This document shows, piece after piece, positions 44,279 to 56,351 of a stretch of DNA of 64,000 nucleotides. The number at the start of each line of letters is the position of its first letter. Position 1 is the stretch's first letter. The notes beneath the pieces are model-generated. The model worked only from the letters and a program-made list of their open reading frames with translations, was not told the DNA's origin and searched no databases. Source of the stretch: Octopus sinensis. Lineage: Eukaryota. The stretch is taken from NCBI RefSeq assembly GCF_006345805.1, contig NC_043003.1, forward strand, positions 82,894,001-82,958,000. The letters run 5' to 3'. The position numbers and the translations under genes were made by a program.

Positions 44279-44747
44279 TTAGCCACGAAATGCACTTATC
44301 TTAATAAGTGGACGAAAGAGAGGGAACGAGAAGACTGCATACCTTATTAATGGCGTTTTGTGGTTAAAAGAGTCATTTTTTGACTCTTCTTTTTAGCAAT
44401 GCTGGTACAATTTTGTATGCTTGTTTATAAATTTACCTGTAGGCTTTAATTTCTAATCGGTCACCTACATTATTTATAACATACACTTGTACCGTTTTGA
44501 AACAGCGCACACTTTGAACGGTTTTTCTTTGAGTTGACGAGGCGAATTATGCGTAACCCTAGGCGTAGTAAGATCCACTGACGAGAACTGAGATACAACG
44601 AAGTAAGATCCACTGACGAGAACCAGAATGCGAAATCACGTGAAATGGATATATCTGCTTCACTTGTGAGCTTGTCTCACTACGGTGTGTTGCTTTCTTT
44701 CGCTCTCACTTTCGTCTCTTATTGAGATGGGTGCTTCTCGTGGCTAA
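44279..44747. mobile_element. second PLE-type terminus relic with diverged inverted arms and a decayed hammerhead (44605-44652, +)
   Basis: Arms 44279-44330 and 44698-44747 are roughly three-quarters identical as reverse complements. agatcca-CTGACGA-gaaccagaatgc-GAAA-tcacgtga-a-a-tggatat. Confidence 0.5.
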
Positions 44748-44984
44748 ATGAGTCGTTTTTTATTCTATTTGTTGCGATGATGATATTCTTTTGTACTTTT
44801 CTTTATAAATTTTCCTCTAGGTTTTAATTACTAAAGGGCCATCTATATTATTCCTATATTATGTATGCGATTGTATATATTTAGAAATCTCTCTGTATAT
44901 ATCTATGGAATTGAAACGAATACTTGCTGTGCCCCTTTCTACAGAGGTCCGATGCAAAAGTGTGGTATATATTCTTATTCACTG

Positions 44985-45510
44985 AGTTGGTTTTCAATGC
45001 CTGATCCTAGGCTGCGATGATCAGGCTTTCAGTATTCTTTTTTAGGTCACCCTTGTTGAGCCACCTCCATGATGATTCCTGGTCTTTTAAATTGTTGGTT
45101 TCACAGTGAAATTGACTATGTAATTCCATACGGAGTAGATTTTCTTCTCTCTCGTTGGCTGCTCTTTTTCGGAATTCATGAGCACTGTCAAGTCCTTTTT
45201 TTTGTTAACTCCTTCTGCACTAGAAGCATACTGTAGCAGGTCTTGTTTGCTTTTTACCAAATATTCTATGAGGTTCCTTTTTTCACGGTTGATGCACTCC
45301 CATACGCTAATCATCCCATATCCACCTTTACCTCTCTTCACGTAAAGCCTGTGTAAATTTGCCTTACGATGGAGGGCACCATGAATTGTCTTCCAGATAG
45401 TGCGATCGAGTTGGTCAATCTCCGCTTGTATTCACTTCAGAATGGGTGCACTATAGCGGACTATAGCAACAACCCAGATGTTGATGGTAGTTACAAAGTT
45501 CTTTGAGATA
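44985..45510 (-). mobile_element. R4/Dong internal fragment
   Basis: INIWVVAIVRYSA, HGALHRKANLHRLYVKRGKGGYG, ESLIIAA*DQAL. Begins directly after a minus-strand (TAA)n. Confidence 0.8.
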
Positions 45511-45517
45511 AGTTTTG

Positions 45518-45626
<109 letters not shown>

Positions 45627-45667
45627 CATCATCATCATCATCATCATCATCAACATCATCATCATCA

Positions 45668-45703
<36 letters not shown>

Positions 45704-45704
<1 letters not shown>

Positions 45705-46256
45705 GTGAGAGAGCAGTTCATGCCATCAAAGTGACACTGGGGTAAAATATACGAAGCCCAATATACCCATCATGACTACCCGTCTGATAAAGGTACACCA
45801 GGCACATGCATCACAACCATATGTGCGCGACATGGTGATCTCATATCAAGATAAACAGCACATGACCTTGCAGGTGGGGCCCAGTTAGAATTTTCTTCAG
45901 GTTGAGTAGCCCATCCCGGTCAAACGGTCCCTGAATAAGGGTTGTTTAAGGATGTTGAAAGAACCACCCATGTTTCCAGAGGTGAACTATTCAAACCCCA
46001 AAGAATCCCTCTCAACACATGGCTATGATGCTCCCCCACTACTTCTACTCGTGATCAGAGATGCACATATCGTCAGCCACTAAGGGACATGCTCAACTGG
46101 TCAAGGTCAAACAACTGACAAGCAAATCTGTGGTATTGAGCAGAATATTTGCTGTAGCCCATCTTTTATACCAAGACAAAACAATGTACATGATAACACT
46201 TCCAATCAGTTAAGATCAGAAGCCATGAGAGCCACTGCCTGGTACTGCATCAGGGC

Positions 46257-46260
<4 letters not shown>
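45704..46260 (-). mobile_element. full-length ~557-bp non-coding TAA-embedded retroposon
   Basis: 5' aaatgccctgatgcagtacc ... 3' ctctctcact, triplet repeats on both sides, no ORF, no clear A/B boxes. Confidence 0.8.
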
Positions 46261-46301
<41 letters not shown>

Positions 46302-46429
46302 GAGCTTCAAAGATGCCTATCAAGCGGCTTTTAAGCTAGCTCTTGTGGAAGGCTCTTCATTAGGCCTTGGGCCCAACAGTGACACTTCATGCGTTGAGAA
46401 CATATTAAATTTCATTAACTTTTTCTACT

Positions 46430-46978
46430 CTAGGCAGAAGGCCCGATTAAATCGACCCCAGCACGCAATTGGTACTTAATTTATCGATCCCGAAATGATG
46501 AAAGGCGAAGTTGACCTCGGCAGAATTCGAAGTCAGAATATAAAGACAGATGAAATACTTATTTCTTGACTACCCACAAGGGGCTAAACACAGGGAGGAC
46601 AAACAAGGACAGACAAATGGATTAAGTGGATTATATCGATCCCAATGCGTAACTGGTACTTATTTAATCGACCCCGAAAGGATGAAAGGCAAAGTCGACC
46701 TCGGTGGAATTTGAACTCAGAACGTAGCGGCAGACGAAATACCTATTTCTTTACTACCCACAAGGGGCTAAACACATAGAGGACAAACAAGGAAAAACAA
46801 ACGGATTAAGTCGATTATATCGACCCCAGTGCGTAACTGGTACTTATTCAATCGACCCCGAAAGGATGAAAGGCAAAGTCGACCTCTGCGGAATTTGAAC
46901 TCAGAACGTAGCTGCAGACGAAATACCGCTCAGCATCCCGTCCGGCGTGCTAACGCTTCTGCCAGCTCGCCGCCTTAT
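46430..46978 (-). repeat. SINE-A-derived tandem array, 184-bp period, about 3 units
   Basis: atcga(c/t)cccgaaa.gatgaaagg recurs at 46483, 46667 and 46851. Only the terminal unit has the tRNA-like head. Confidence 0.85.
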
Positions 46979-47390
46979 TAAACTTCAAAAATATTTTTCC
47001 AGCAATCAACAACTTTCATCAAAGCAATAAATATAATTTGTTGACTTGGAACTTATTGCAAAGCTGCATGATAAACAACAGTAGCACCACCACCACATCT
47101 GCCATACAGTAACACCACCATCACCACTACACTTGCCATTCAGACTTCTGACGCCACCACCATGACCACTGTCTTTCACATCACTTACCCTCATCTCTGA
47201 CCGCATCAGCTACCACCACCACCATCATCACCACCGCCTCTGCGTCTATCACAACTACAGCTCATACTATTATCACCCCATTACCATCACAAAAAAGCTA
47301 AATATGTGTGTTTGTACATTATGTTACTTCAGCATCTTAATTCAGTTTTCAGTCCTTCTTTCTCTCACATACCAACTCTTTCTCTCTTTT

Positions 47391-47442
<52 letters not shown>

Positions 47443-47574
47443 CGTTCATCATCAACACTACTATTTTAAAACAAAAACATCATTAATTCTCCCTAAATTT
47501 CTTTGTCTCTATTTCTCTCCCTCGTTTTTCTTTCTCTCGCTGTCTGTGTCTTCGCCACCGCCCTCACCGTCTCA

Positions 47575-47712
47575 ATGCCTACATTTAGGGTCAGAACGAT
47601 TACCAAGAATGTTACCCTGGTACTTTTTTTGCGAAGAAGCTTTGGTCTTGTGCTGCCAATATGAAACCTTCAGTCTCTGCCTTCAGCCATGAACTTCTCA
47701 ACCATTGATGGG
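47575..47712 (-). mobile_element. R4/Dong fragment
   Basis: QWLRSSWLKAETEGFILAAQDQ..YQGNIL..DPKC. Upstream (TAA)n on the minus strand. Confidence 0.75.
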
Positions 47713-47731
47713 TTGTTGAGTGATATTATTA

Positions 47732-47777
<46 letters not shown>

Positions 47778-47782
47778 CATTA

Positions 47783-47850
<68 letters not shown>

Positions 47851-47881
47851 CATTATTATTATGAGTAGTAGTAGCAGTAGT

Positions 47882-48211
47882 AGTGAGTGAGCAGTGCATA
47901 ACTTTGCAGGTGGGGTCCAGGTAGAATTTCTTCAGGTTGAGTAGGCCGTCAAGCTCAAAAGGTTCTTGAATAAGGGTTGTGTAAGTATGATAAACAAAAC
48001 ATCCATGTTTCCAAAGGTGATTTATCCAAACCGCAAAGAATTCCTCTCGACACATAGCTTAACTGGTTAAGCAACTGACAAGCAAGGCTGTGGTATATAG
48101 CAGAGTATTTGCTGTAACGCTTCTTTTATACCAAGACAAAAGAATGTATATGATAACACTTCCAATCAGTTAAGTTCAGAAGCCATGAGATCCATTGCCT
48201 TGTACTGCACA
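47882..48211 (-). mobile_element. internally deleted copy of the TAA-embedded retroposon
   Basis: Homologous to 45704-46260, lacking about 140 bp near the 3' end plus smaller deletions. Confidence 0.8.
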
Positions 48212-48212
48212 C

Positions 48213-48271
<59 letters not shown>

Positions 48272-48289
48272 GTGCTGTTGTTGTTGTTG

Positions 48290-48337
<48 letters not shown>

Positions 48338-48340
<3 letters not shown>

Positions 48341-49121
48341 GTTTGACTTTTGCTTTGTATTTGTAATATGTTGGCTACCGGGCCAACATATTAAGCAACG
48401 ATAGTATCCCAACTGTCGTGTATGTAAACAACAAAATTAAACCATTGATCATGTGGTCTACATGTGTAGTCTTCTGATAGTATATTCACTGGGAAATTTT
48501 GAAAAAACCTAAACCTTCCCATGATAAAAACTGGTGGGAACACGAACCACCTACAGTGCTTGAACATAATCACATCTCACTCTTCTAGGACTTCACCGTT
48601 CACACTGACAGAAAGATATATGCGAATTGGTCAGACGTTATATTGAAAGACTTCAGACAAAAATCATGCCCCCTCATTGATATGACGGTCCCAATCTACA
48701 TAAAAGTATCTGTCAAGATCTACGAAAAACTTAGCAGGTATGAAGATATTGAAATAGAAATTGGCAAAATGTGGAACCTCTAGACTAACACAATGCCTGT
48801 TGTCCTCGTAACGATAACAAAATGGTGGGATTCCTACATAGTTTAGATGTCAGGAAACTCCAAAATGGCAGAAATTCAAAAGTTATTGCACATGAGAACT
48901 ATACATATCCTACGCGAATTACTGTCTATGTAACCTCACATTTTAAAACAAACTTATAATTTTTTGATCCTTACTTAAACATTCTATAGAACAATACTTT
49001 GTGCAAAATCAAATATATGACACCCTAAGCATCACACCAGCTTGAACCTCTGACTTATTGCCTCTTGAGGACAATCAGTGAGACATGGAGACAACTTGTA
49101 CAAGTACAAAGCAAATGACCA

Positions 49122-49124
<3 letters not shown>
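48338..49124 (+). mobile_element. R4/Dong 3' fragment E (subfamily of D) with an inverted 3'-end segment at its 5' junction
   Basis: Colinear with 35800-36617. 48338-48376 is the reverse complement of the family 3' terminus. Confidence 0.85.
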
Positions 49125-49182
<58 letters not shown>

Positions 49183-49199
49183 TAATAATAATAATAATA

Positions 49200-49237
<38 letters not shown>

Positions 49238-51660
49238 TTTAAAAAAGGATTGACGTAACTCTTCACAAAGTAAAACAGTCAAGACGAAGAGCGCGATTCG
49301 ATTGTAAGATATTTTATTAATTGAACGATATTTCAACAGTACGTCTGTCTTTGTCAAGTTCAAAATAAGAAGTGATAAAAATTCTAAATTACAGAAATTT
49401 AAACGTAAAGTATGAACGAGAGCAACCAGCGTCCGCACGTTGGTGGAATGACATCATCAGTTTTTAAGTAACAATTTCTTTACAGGTGAAAAGAAAAAGA
49501 CAGAAAAAAAACAGAATAAAGGAAAGAAAAGAGAGAGAGCTACTGTTGTTGTGACTGACATTGGGTCTGTGCCCATTAAACCTTTTGTTTAATTGTTCTG
49601 TTGTGCAAGCAACATAAATTAAGTTGCGTTTCGTGCATTCTGCAGTGTACACCAAATGGGAATCTTTACATGTTCCACCTTCTGCATAAATCATAACATT
49701 TCTGTTATGAATCCTGAGTGAATTCACTTCACTTTTGTTGTTGCACAATGAACAGAGCTTACCTCTCTTGAGGCTGTTCTTTAAGCTACAGCGTGTAGAT
49801 ACTCCAATGTTCGGTTTCTTGGAGTCATATATAGAGGTCAATAATTCTCATATTCTTATTCAGTCTAAAGGCTACAATAGGCGGCTGAGGAAATATCTGT
49901 TTGTAACGAGGATATGTTTTTTCGCCACATGCTGGTAACTTTTATGCAACGCTTTTGAAATGCCAACAAAATGTCGGTGCCAGCTAATTACTAAAAGAAT
50001 TCTGTCATCTATTTCATTGTGTTTACTAAATTATGCGTGTAGGTTTGACTATCTTTGCTAATCTTAGCTATTTCATTTGCTATTTAATTTAATCGTGATT
50101 CAGTGTAACAGCGTTTGACATAATGACATACAAAAGCATGTGCATGTTTCCAGTAAACCCCTACGTCAGTACAAATCCGTTTTATCCTCAAAAATTGGGA
50201 TTTCGGATTTGACTGAATAAGATGATGTGGATGATCGGAGCGGCGGTGGAGATTAATGTGGGATGACATGGGCTTGCAAAATAACTCTGTAACTATTCTG
50301 CCTCCCGAAAACTTGACTTTTGTGTCCAAAAATTCAGTGCTAGTTTTTGAAAGACTAAATTTTATGTTGGACCTAAAGTCATAGCTTCTAGCATATCAGT
50401 TACAGAAATGAAAAAAGTCCTTTAAATCATCCTGTGATCCTTCCCAGACAAAACAATACGTCGTCAAGGAATCGTAACCAGAGTATTGGTTCATGACCAT
50501 GGTGGGATTTGAACGTCTTCAATAACTGTGTTTCGAATTTCGTGATGAAGACATTAGCGAAATTAACTGCCATGGTGGCACCTATGGCACAACCCTTCGT
50601 CTGGTGATAAAATCGTCTTTGTCTAAACTTCATTGTGTTACTTTCTATCACAAACCTCAATAATCTACAGAGAAAATTTGATAGAATACTTTTGTTTGAC
50701 CGCTTTTCGAAGGCATTCATGCATTCTTCAACCACTTCATTGTGGTCACTATTGGGATATAAGGAAGAAACATCCATGGTCATCAAAAACTGTTCTTAAT
50801 ACGGGCTCGGTGCTTAAAAAAGTTACAAAATCAAAGGTATCCCGAATATAGGAACTTGATCGTTTTTACCACGGGGATTAGAAAACAATCAAGCCATTCC
50901 AAAATTTTGGCCTTGCAACATTCATATCCGCAGCAAATTGGGAAGAAATCTTTCGAACTTTTTGTGTATTTTAGGGAGACCATAACATACAGATATTCTT
51001 TCTGATATTAAAATCTTAGATTCAGCCTTATGATCGAAATTGTTTTCTTTCATTTCCAGAATTATTTTGTCAAGTTCCTCTCTTTAATTGTGGTTTGGAT
51101 CGACAGGTAATTCTTCATATGAAGTTTCGTCATTTAAAACTTCTTCACAAACCGAAATATACTCCCATTTGTCCATAATTACGATAGCGCCTCCCTTATC
51201 CGCCATCTTAATAACAATAGAATCGTTATTAGCTAGACGTCAGAGTGCGTAACGTTGGGAATTTGTGAGGTTGTTCCAGAACTTCTTTCCACTTCTTTTA
51301 AGGCTTTCTCCAATGCCTGCCTGATACGATTCAAGAAATTCCAGTACTGGCTGTAAACGTCCATCCCGAACTTTATCTGGATACCAATCGGAATTCTTTT
51401 CAGTCCAATTATGCCAGATTCGATCATCATCATTTTTATTTTTAGTAAACATAGGGTTTTCTGACTTCTCGTTACCAGTTTTTTCAAAAAAATATTCTTT
51501 TAGCTTGTGACGCCGGACAAACTGATATAGCTCTTGAGCTAGTTTATTCTTGTCGAAATTCTTAGTGCTTGGGCAAAAACTCATTCCAAGCTCTAAGACT
51601 AGATATTTTATCCTAAAATACATTTAGTAAGACTGAAACTAATTTCTAAACAATTGACTA
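49238..51660 (-). mobile_element. Penelope-like element (RT + GIY-YIG endonuclease), degraded
   Basis: LGMSFCP, IVIKMADKGGAIVIMD, TMDVSSLYPN, TKGCAIG..AVNFANVF, WLRFLDDV, KHPHHL, KLCSLC, CKDSHLVYTAECTKRNLIYVACTTEQLNKRFNGHR. Confidence 0.9.
49321..49363 (-). ncRNA. minimal type I hammerhead ribozyme with U3-A8 core in the PLE 3' pseudo-LTR
   Basis: ttgaac-TTGACAA-a-gacag(acgta)ctgtt-GAAA-tat-C-gttcaa. Perfect 6-bp helix I, 5-bp helix II, palindromic AUAU helix III, AUC triplet. Confidence 0.72.
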
Positions 51661-52185
51661 TCCCGTATAATCGATGGCATAATCCATACTGAACCCCCAA
51701 TGCTCATAATATATGTATTGAAAGTTTGTGTGGCGAAATCTTTGAAAAACATACAGAAATCAAAACAGTTATGAATTTATTACTGAACTACATTCATCGG
51801 TATAATTCATTGTTCAAGGTTCATGTACTGAGTTTATTATATCAACTACACACCGACATGATTATTTAGATAATAATTATACAATATCGTGGTGGTAGAG
51901 TTGACGAAATGATTTCTAGTACTTAGTAAAATTGTGATTTAAAAAAAAAAGAAACACTGAAGTTCCATGTATCTTTATGGAAGTTAAGAAAATAGATAAA
52001 TGAATAATGTGTGCTGGTAAGTTCATTCCTGTTCGGTTTTAACTTAAATCCAACCAAGCGGCGCTTTGGCCAAGTAGCTGTTGACATATCGAATCAAGGA
52101 AAGATCTGCAAATTGACGATGGTAGACAAAGCTTAAGTGGAACACCGTATTAGAGACGGTTCCAATTCTTGGGTTTTAGATTTAC

Positions 52186-52315
52186 CTCGTCGATGTTGGG
52201 TGCTTGTAACGTAGTATACTCTGATACAAGCATTTTCACAAACTTTCCTGCCTGTGATTAGCTTCACCTTCTCCTTGACATCAGACTTGAATGCGTTCAA
52301 CATTGCATTGATCAA
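52186..52315 (-). CDS. probable 130-nt internal exon of an unidentified gene (LINAMLNAFKSDVKEKVKLITGRKVCENACIRVYYVTSTQHRR)
   Basis: Acceptor ttttttttacttaag|, donor GAG|gtaaat, only one frame open, non-repetitive and coding-like composition. Confidence 0.6.
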
Positions 52316-54229
52316 CTTAAGTAAAAAAAAATATATATAATAAATAAATACAGAATTTGCTCTCTATAAGTACTCGACGTGAATAAATCGACTTTATTTT
52401 TCCCCACTATACTCCACTATATTCCTATTAAGAATATGATATGAATAATGAATGTGAAATATCGGTTTATTTTGACTGGGAAAAATACATGCCTGCTATA
52501 AACTGAGCTACAGATGGATATGTTAATAAATTGAAAAAAAATCAGATATAGGGAGATGTTCATTATTCACTTGGGTATCTGGCATATTTACCGAGCTTTT
52601 AATTATAAGTCATTATGCATGGAGTGATTGATCGATCTCCACATTTAATTCAGTAGTTTTATAGGAATTTTTTCGTCAAAAACTGCTTTCAATTATCTTA
52701 TTTCTTTTACATATATAAATTTTTTCTGCCACACCTTTTCCGCGCATTTCACGATTATTTCAGCATAATCACATATTTTTTCTTATCGAATTAGGAGGAA
52801 TGCTTCATTTAATGATCTTTAACAATTGAAACTCATCATAATTTTTTCAACTTTATATATTTTTCGTTCACTTTTTTTTTGTAATTTAATATTTGCTTTG
52901 AATTTCACTTTTATATTTTCCTTACTTTTTTTTTTAAACATTTTCATATAGAAAAGTCAAAAATATAGAAAATCTGCAGGCTATCAAATGGCAACCATCT
53001 TTAGAAACTTTAGTGGAATAGATTTTTCATCAAATGAAATTGAAGTGAGACGACGGGAGATAAATCGGTCATGAGATTCCAGGAAAGTGAAATTAGTAAA
53101 ACAGATAGCAAATTTCAAACGAAGACTGAATGGTATAAATATCTTGTCCGCTTTTCAAATATAATATAACCAGACACATTACTGATCACAGAGATATTAA
53201 TTAGGTTCTCGTTTTGAAGATTAGAAATTCGAAAATTTTTGTCAAGAAAGTAGGAATGCAATTAAAATATTACTTCATTAAATGAAATAATTAACGATTC
53301 TTGAAACTAATTTCTAATAAATCAATTTTTTTTCTTTACCTCTTATATTTGATTGTCATTCACTTCCATTATAGTCATGCATAAATGCCAGTATGTCTAT
53401 CGATCTGTCTTACTCTCTTCACTCGAACGCTTTCTCTCTCATTTTGCACACACACGCATACACACATATATAAGGCGAAACAAAGAGGGAGAGAGAGATG
53501 GACAGAGAGATAGACAGAGAGAGAGAGAGAGAAAAAGTGAGGGGTGTTATAGATTTATAAAATGATCTACGTGTGCGTGTGTGTGCATGTGAATGTGTAC
53601 CTGTGTACAAAACTGCACACGTACATTACATATAATTATTTATTTACAATCTTTTACCGAAATCGACCAATAAGAAACTGAAAAGAAGGTCAAAATAAAT
53701 CTTCATTTTCTAAGAAAACATATAAATGCCGTGTCACATATTCAATATTCTTTTGATATTTTGTTTATATATTCCATCACAAAACCACACAATGTGAATA
53801 CACACTATGGGAATACACACACGAATACACGCTCACATAGGTATTCATATATACACGCTTGCACACACATGTTTAAATATGTGCAGATTCCATTTTGCCT
53901 ATAGTTCCCAGAAAATGTGTTTGCCCCTTGAAAAATCTGCAGTATCTTCCCGCCCGTTCATATTAATCTATATTTCTAAAAGTATCCGAAGGTAGCTAAA
54001 ATCTATAACCCAGCAACGGCTGACGGATTCAGAGAACAGCACTGTATATATTCTCCGAATCTCACATTCTAATTACCTGTAAAAAAATTATACCACAATT
54101 GTAATTTACAGCTACGATGTACATCTACCCTATTGTAATTTGTGCAAGATGGCCAATGAGTGTATGTGCATAGAGGTTTTCTTTTTAATCTTTGGATCAA
54201 TTACATTGCGGGACACGGTTTTGAAGAAT

Positions 54230-54829
54230 TTTTAGCCAAATGAATCGTCTTTATTTTTAAAGACTGGTACTCATTCTATCGGTCTCTTCTGTCGAACCGC
54301 TAAATTACGGTGAAGTAAATGTACCAATACCCCTTGTCAAGTGGTGGTGGTGGAGGACAAATACAAATACAAAGACACACACACTAATATATTTGTTCAA
54401 AAGGCTTGTTTTAGTTTCCGTCTTTTACTGTAGCGCGAGGCTGTAGTAGAAGACACCTAGCATAGATGCCACGCAGTGGGACTGAACCCGGAACCATGTG
54501 ATAGGGAAGCAAGAAAGATAAACGCATAAACATACCTACACAAACACACACGCACAAAGTAGTGATTGTTTAGAGTTTGGCAAATTAGCCTTAAAACACC
54601 ATCACGTATGTTTTGGCTACAGTGATGATTACTCTGAAAACGAAATATTCGTGGTAACTCAATGGTCAGATCAGCAGTTAATGCAATTTGAAAACAGTTG
54701 TTCGCTGCCTCCGTGTATCCTCCAAACCCGGCCAGTCGATTAGAGCGACCCCAGTACTCAACTGGTAGTTAATTACTTCAGTTAATATTTTGCTGGATAT
54801 TTTATAGGTGATTCCTCGCCAAAGTTGAA

Positions 54830-54877
<48 letters not shown>

Positions 54878-55178
54878 CGTGACCGACCTTGCTATCAAAT
54901 GTTGCTACACATCGATGGTCACAATGCGCTTCGCATTGATTTAACCTCCAAATGACGCCACCCCGCTGGCTAAGCGAGCAGGCCAACAGAAGAAAGAGTG
55001 AGAGAAAGTTGCGGCGAAAGAGTACAGCAGGGATCGCCACCACCCACTGCAGGAGCCTCGTGGAGCTTTAGGTGTTTTCACTCAATAAACACTCCCAACG
55101 CCCGGTCTGGGAGTCGAAACCGCGATCCTACAACAGCGTGTCCGCTGCTCTAACTACTGGGCCATTGCGTCTCCACAT

Positions 55179-55210
<32 letters not shown>

Positions 55211-55576
55211 GTGTATATATATATAAAAGGGTAAAGACCCCCTTCGGTCATGAATGACCATGGGATTGCACCTAGAAAGTTACCCTCCTAGACACAAGTC
55301 CGGGCAAGATTGTTTATGGAAGGCCTGCAGTCGTCCATGCATACCAGTCTCCCCTCTCCACGCCACCAGTGTTATCCAAGGGAAAGACAAAGGTCGATAC
55401 AGCTTGGCACCAGTGACGTCGCAACTCATTTCTACAGCCGAGTGAACTGGAGCAACGTGAAATAAAGTGTCTTGCTCAAGAACACAACACGCAGCCCGGT
55501 CCGGGATTCGAGCTCACAACCTCATGATCGTAAGCTCGACGCTCTAACCACTGAGCCATATGTATATATATATATA

Positions 55577-55667
<91 letters not shown>

Positions 55668-56090
55668 TATATACAAACGATTGATTAGAAGATATATATA
55701 TGTGTATGTATGTGTGTGTCTATATGCGTGTGTGTATATGTATACATATACACATATATATGTGTGTGTGTGTACGTACGTGTGTGCTTGTATATGTGTA
55801 TTTGTGAAGGCGCGTGGCCTAGTTGTTAGGGCTTTCGCCTCCCGATTGTAAGGTCGGGAGTTCAATTTGCGGCTACAGTGTGTCCTTGAGCAAGACACTT
55901 TATTTCATGTCCACTCAACTGGAAAAAATGAGTTGTACCTGTATTTCAAAGGGCCGGTATTGTCACACTTTGTGTCACGCTTAATCTCACCGAAAACTAC
56001 GTTAGGGGTACATGTGCCTGTGGAATGCTCAGCCACTTGCACGTTAATTCCAGCTCGTCGTCGTAACCGACTGAGTGCTCCTCCTCCTTT
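54230..56090. mobile_element. cluster of tRNA-derived SINEs from several families (54230-54530 -, 54640-54790 -, 54873-55175 -, 55225-55560 -, 55805-56090 +)
   Basis: A/B-box heads such as tggcccagtagttagagc..ggtttcgactcc and tggctcagtggttagagc..gagctcgaatcc. Shared cttgagcaagacacttt central motif in two families. Confidence 0.8.
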
Positions 56091-56103
56091 GATTTGTGTG
56101 TGC

Positions 56104-56137
<34 letters not shown>

Positions 56138-56216
56138 GTATATCTATATATATATATTATATTTATATATATATGTATATATATATATTATATTTATGTA
56201 TATTATATGTATATAT

Positions 56217-56247
<31 letters not shown>

Positions 56248-56260
56248 GTATATGTATATG

Positions 56261-56351
<91 letters not shown>

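Noticed and set aside
44567-44623. 22-bp direct repeats with a short spacer, superficially CRISPR-like
   Set aside because: Only two units, eukaryotic context and no cas genes; it is a local duplication in a PLE-type relic.
46030-46060. U1 snRNA-like words (TGATCACGA, GTAGTGGGGGA) in the TAA-embedded retroposon
   Set aside because: Short matches with the wrong spacing, and no U1 5' end or Sm site.
49441-49465. CTGATGA in the PLE 3' region
   Set aside because: No GAAA or helix III/NUH follows at a usable distance.
54873-55560. tRNA-like sequences
   Set aside because: They are SINE heads that run into SINE bodies and lack complete cloverleaves, so they are not tRNA genes.
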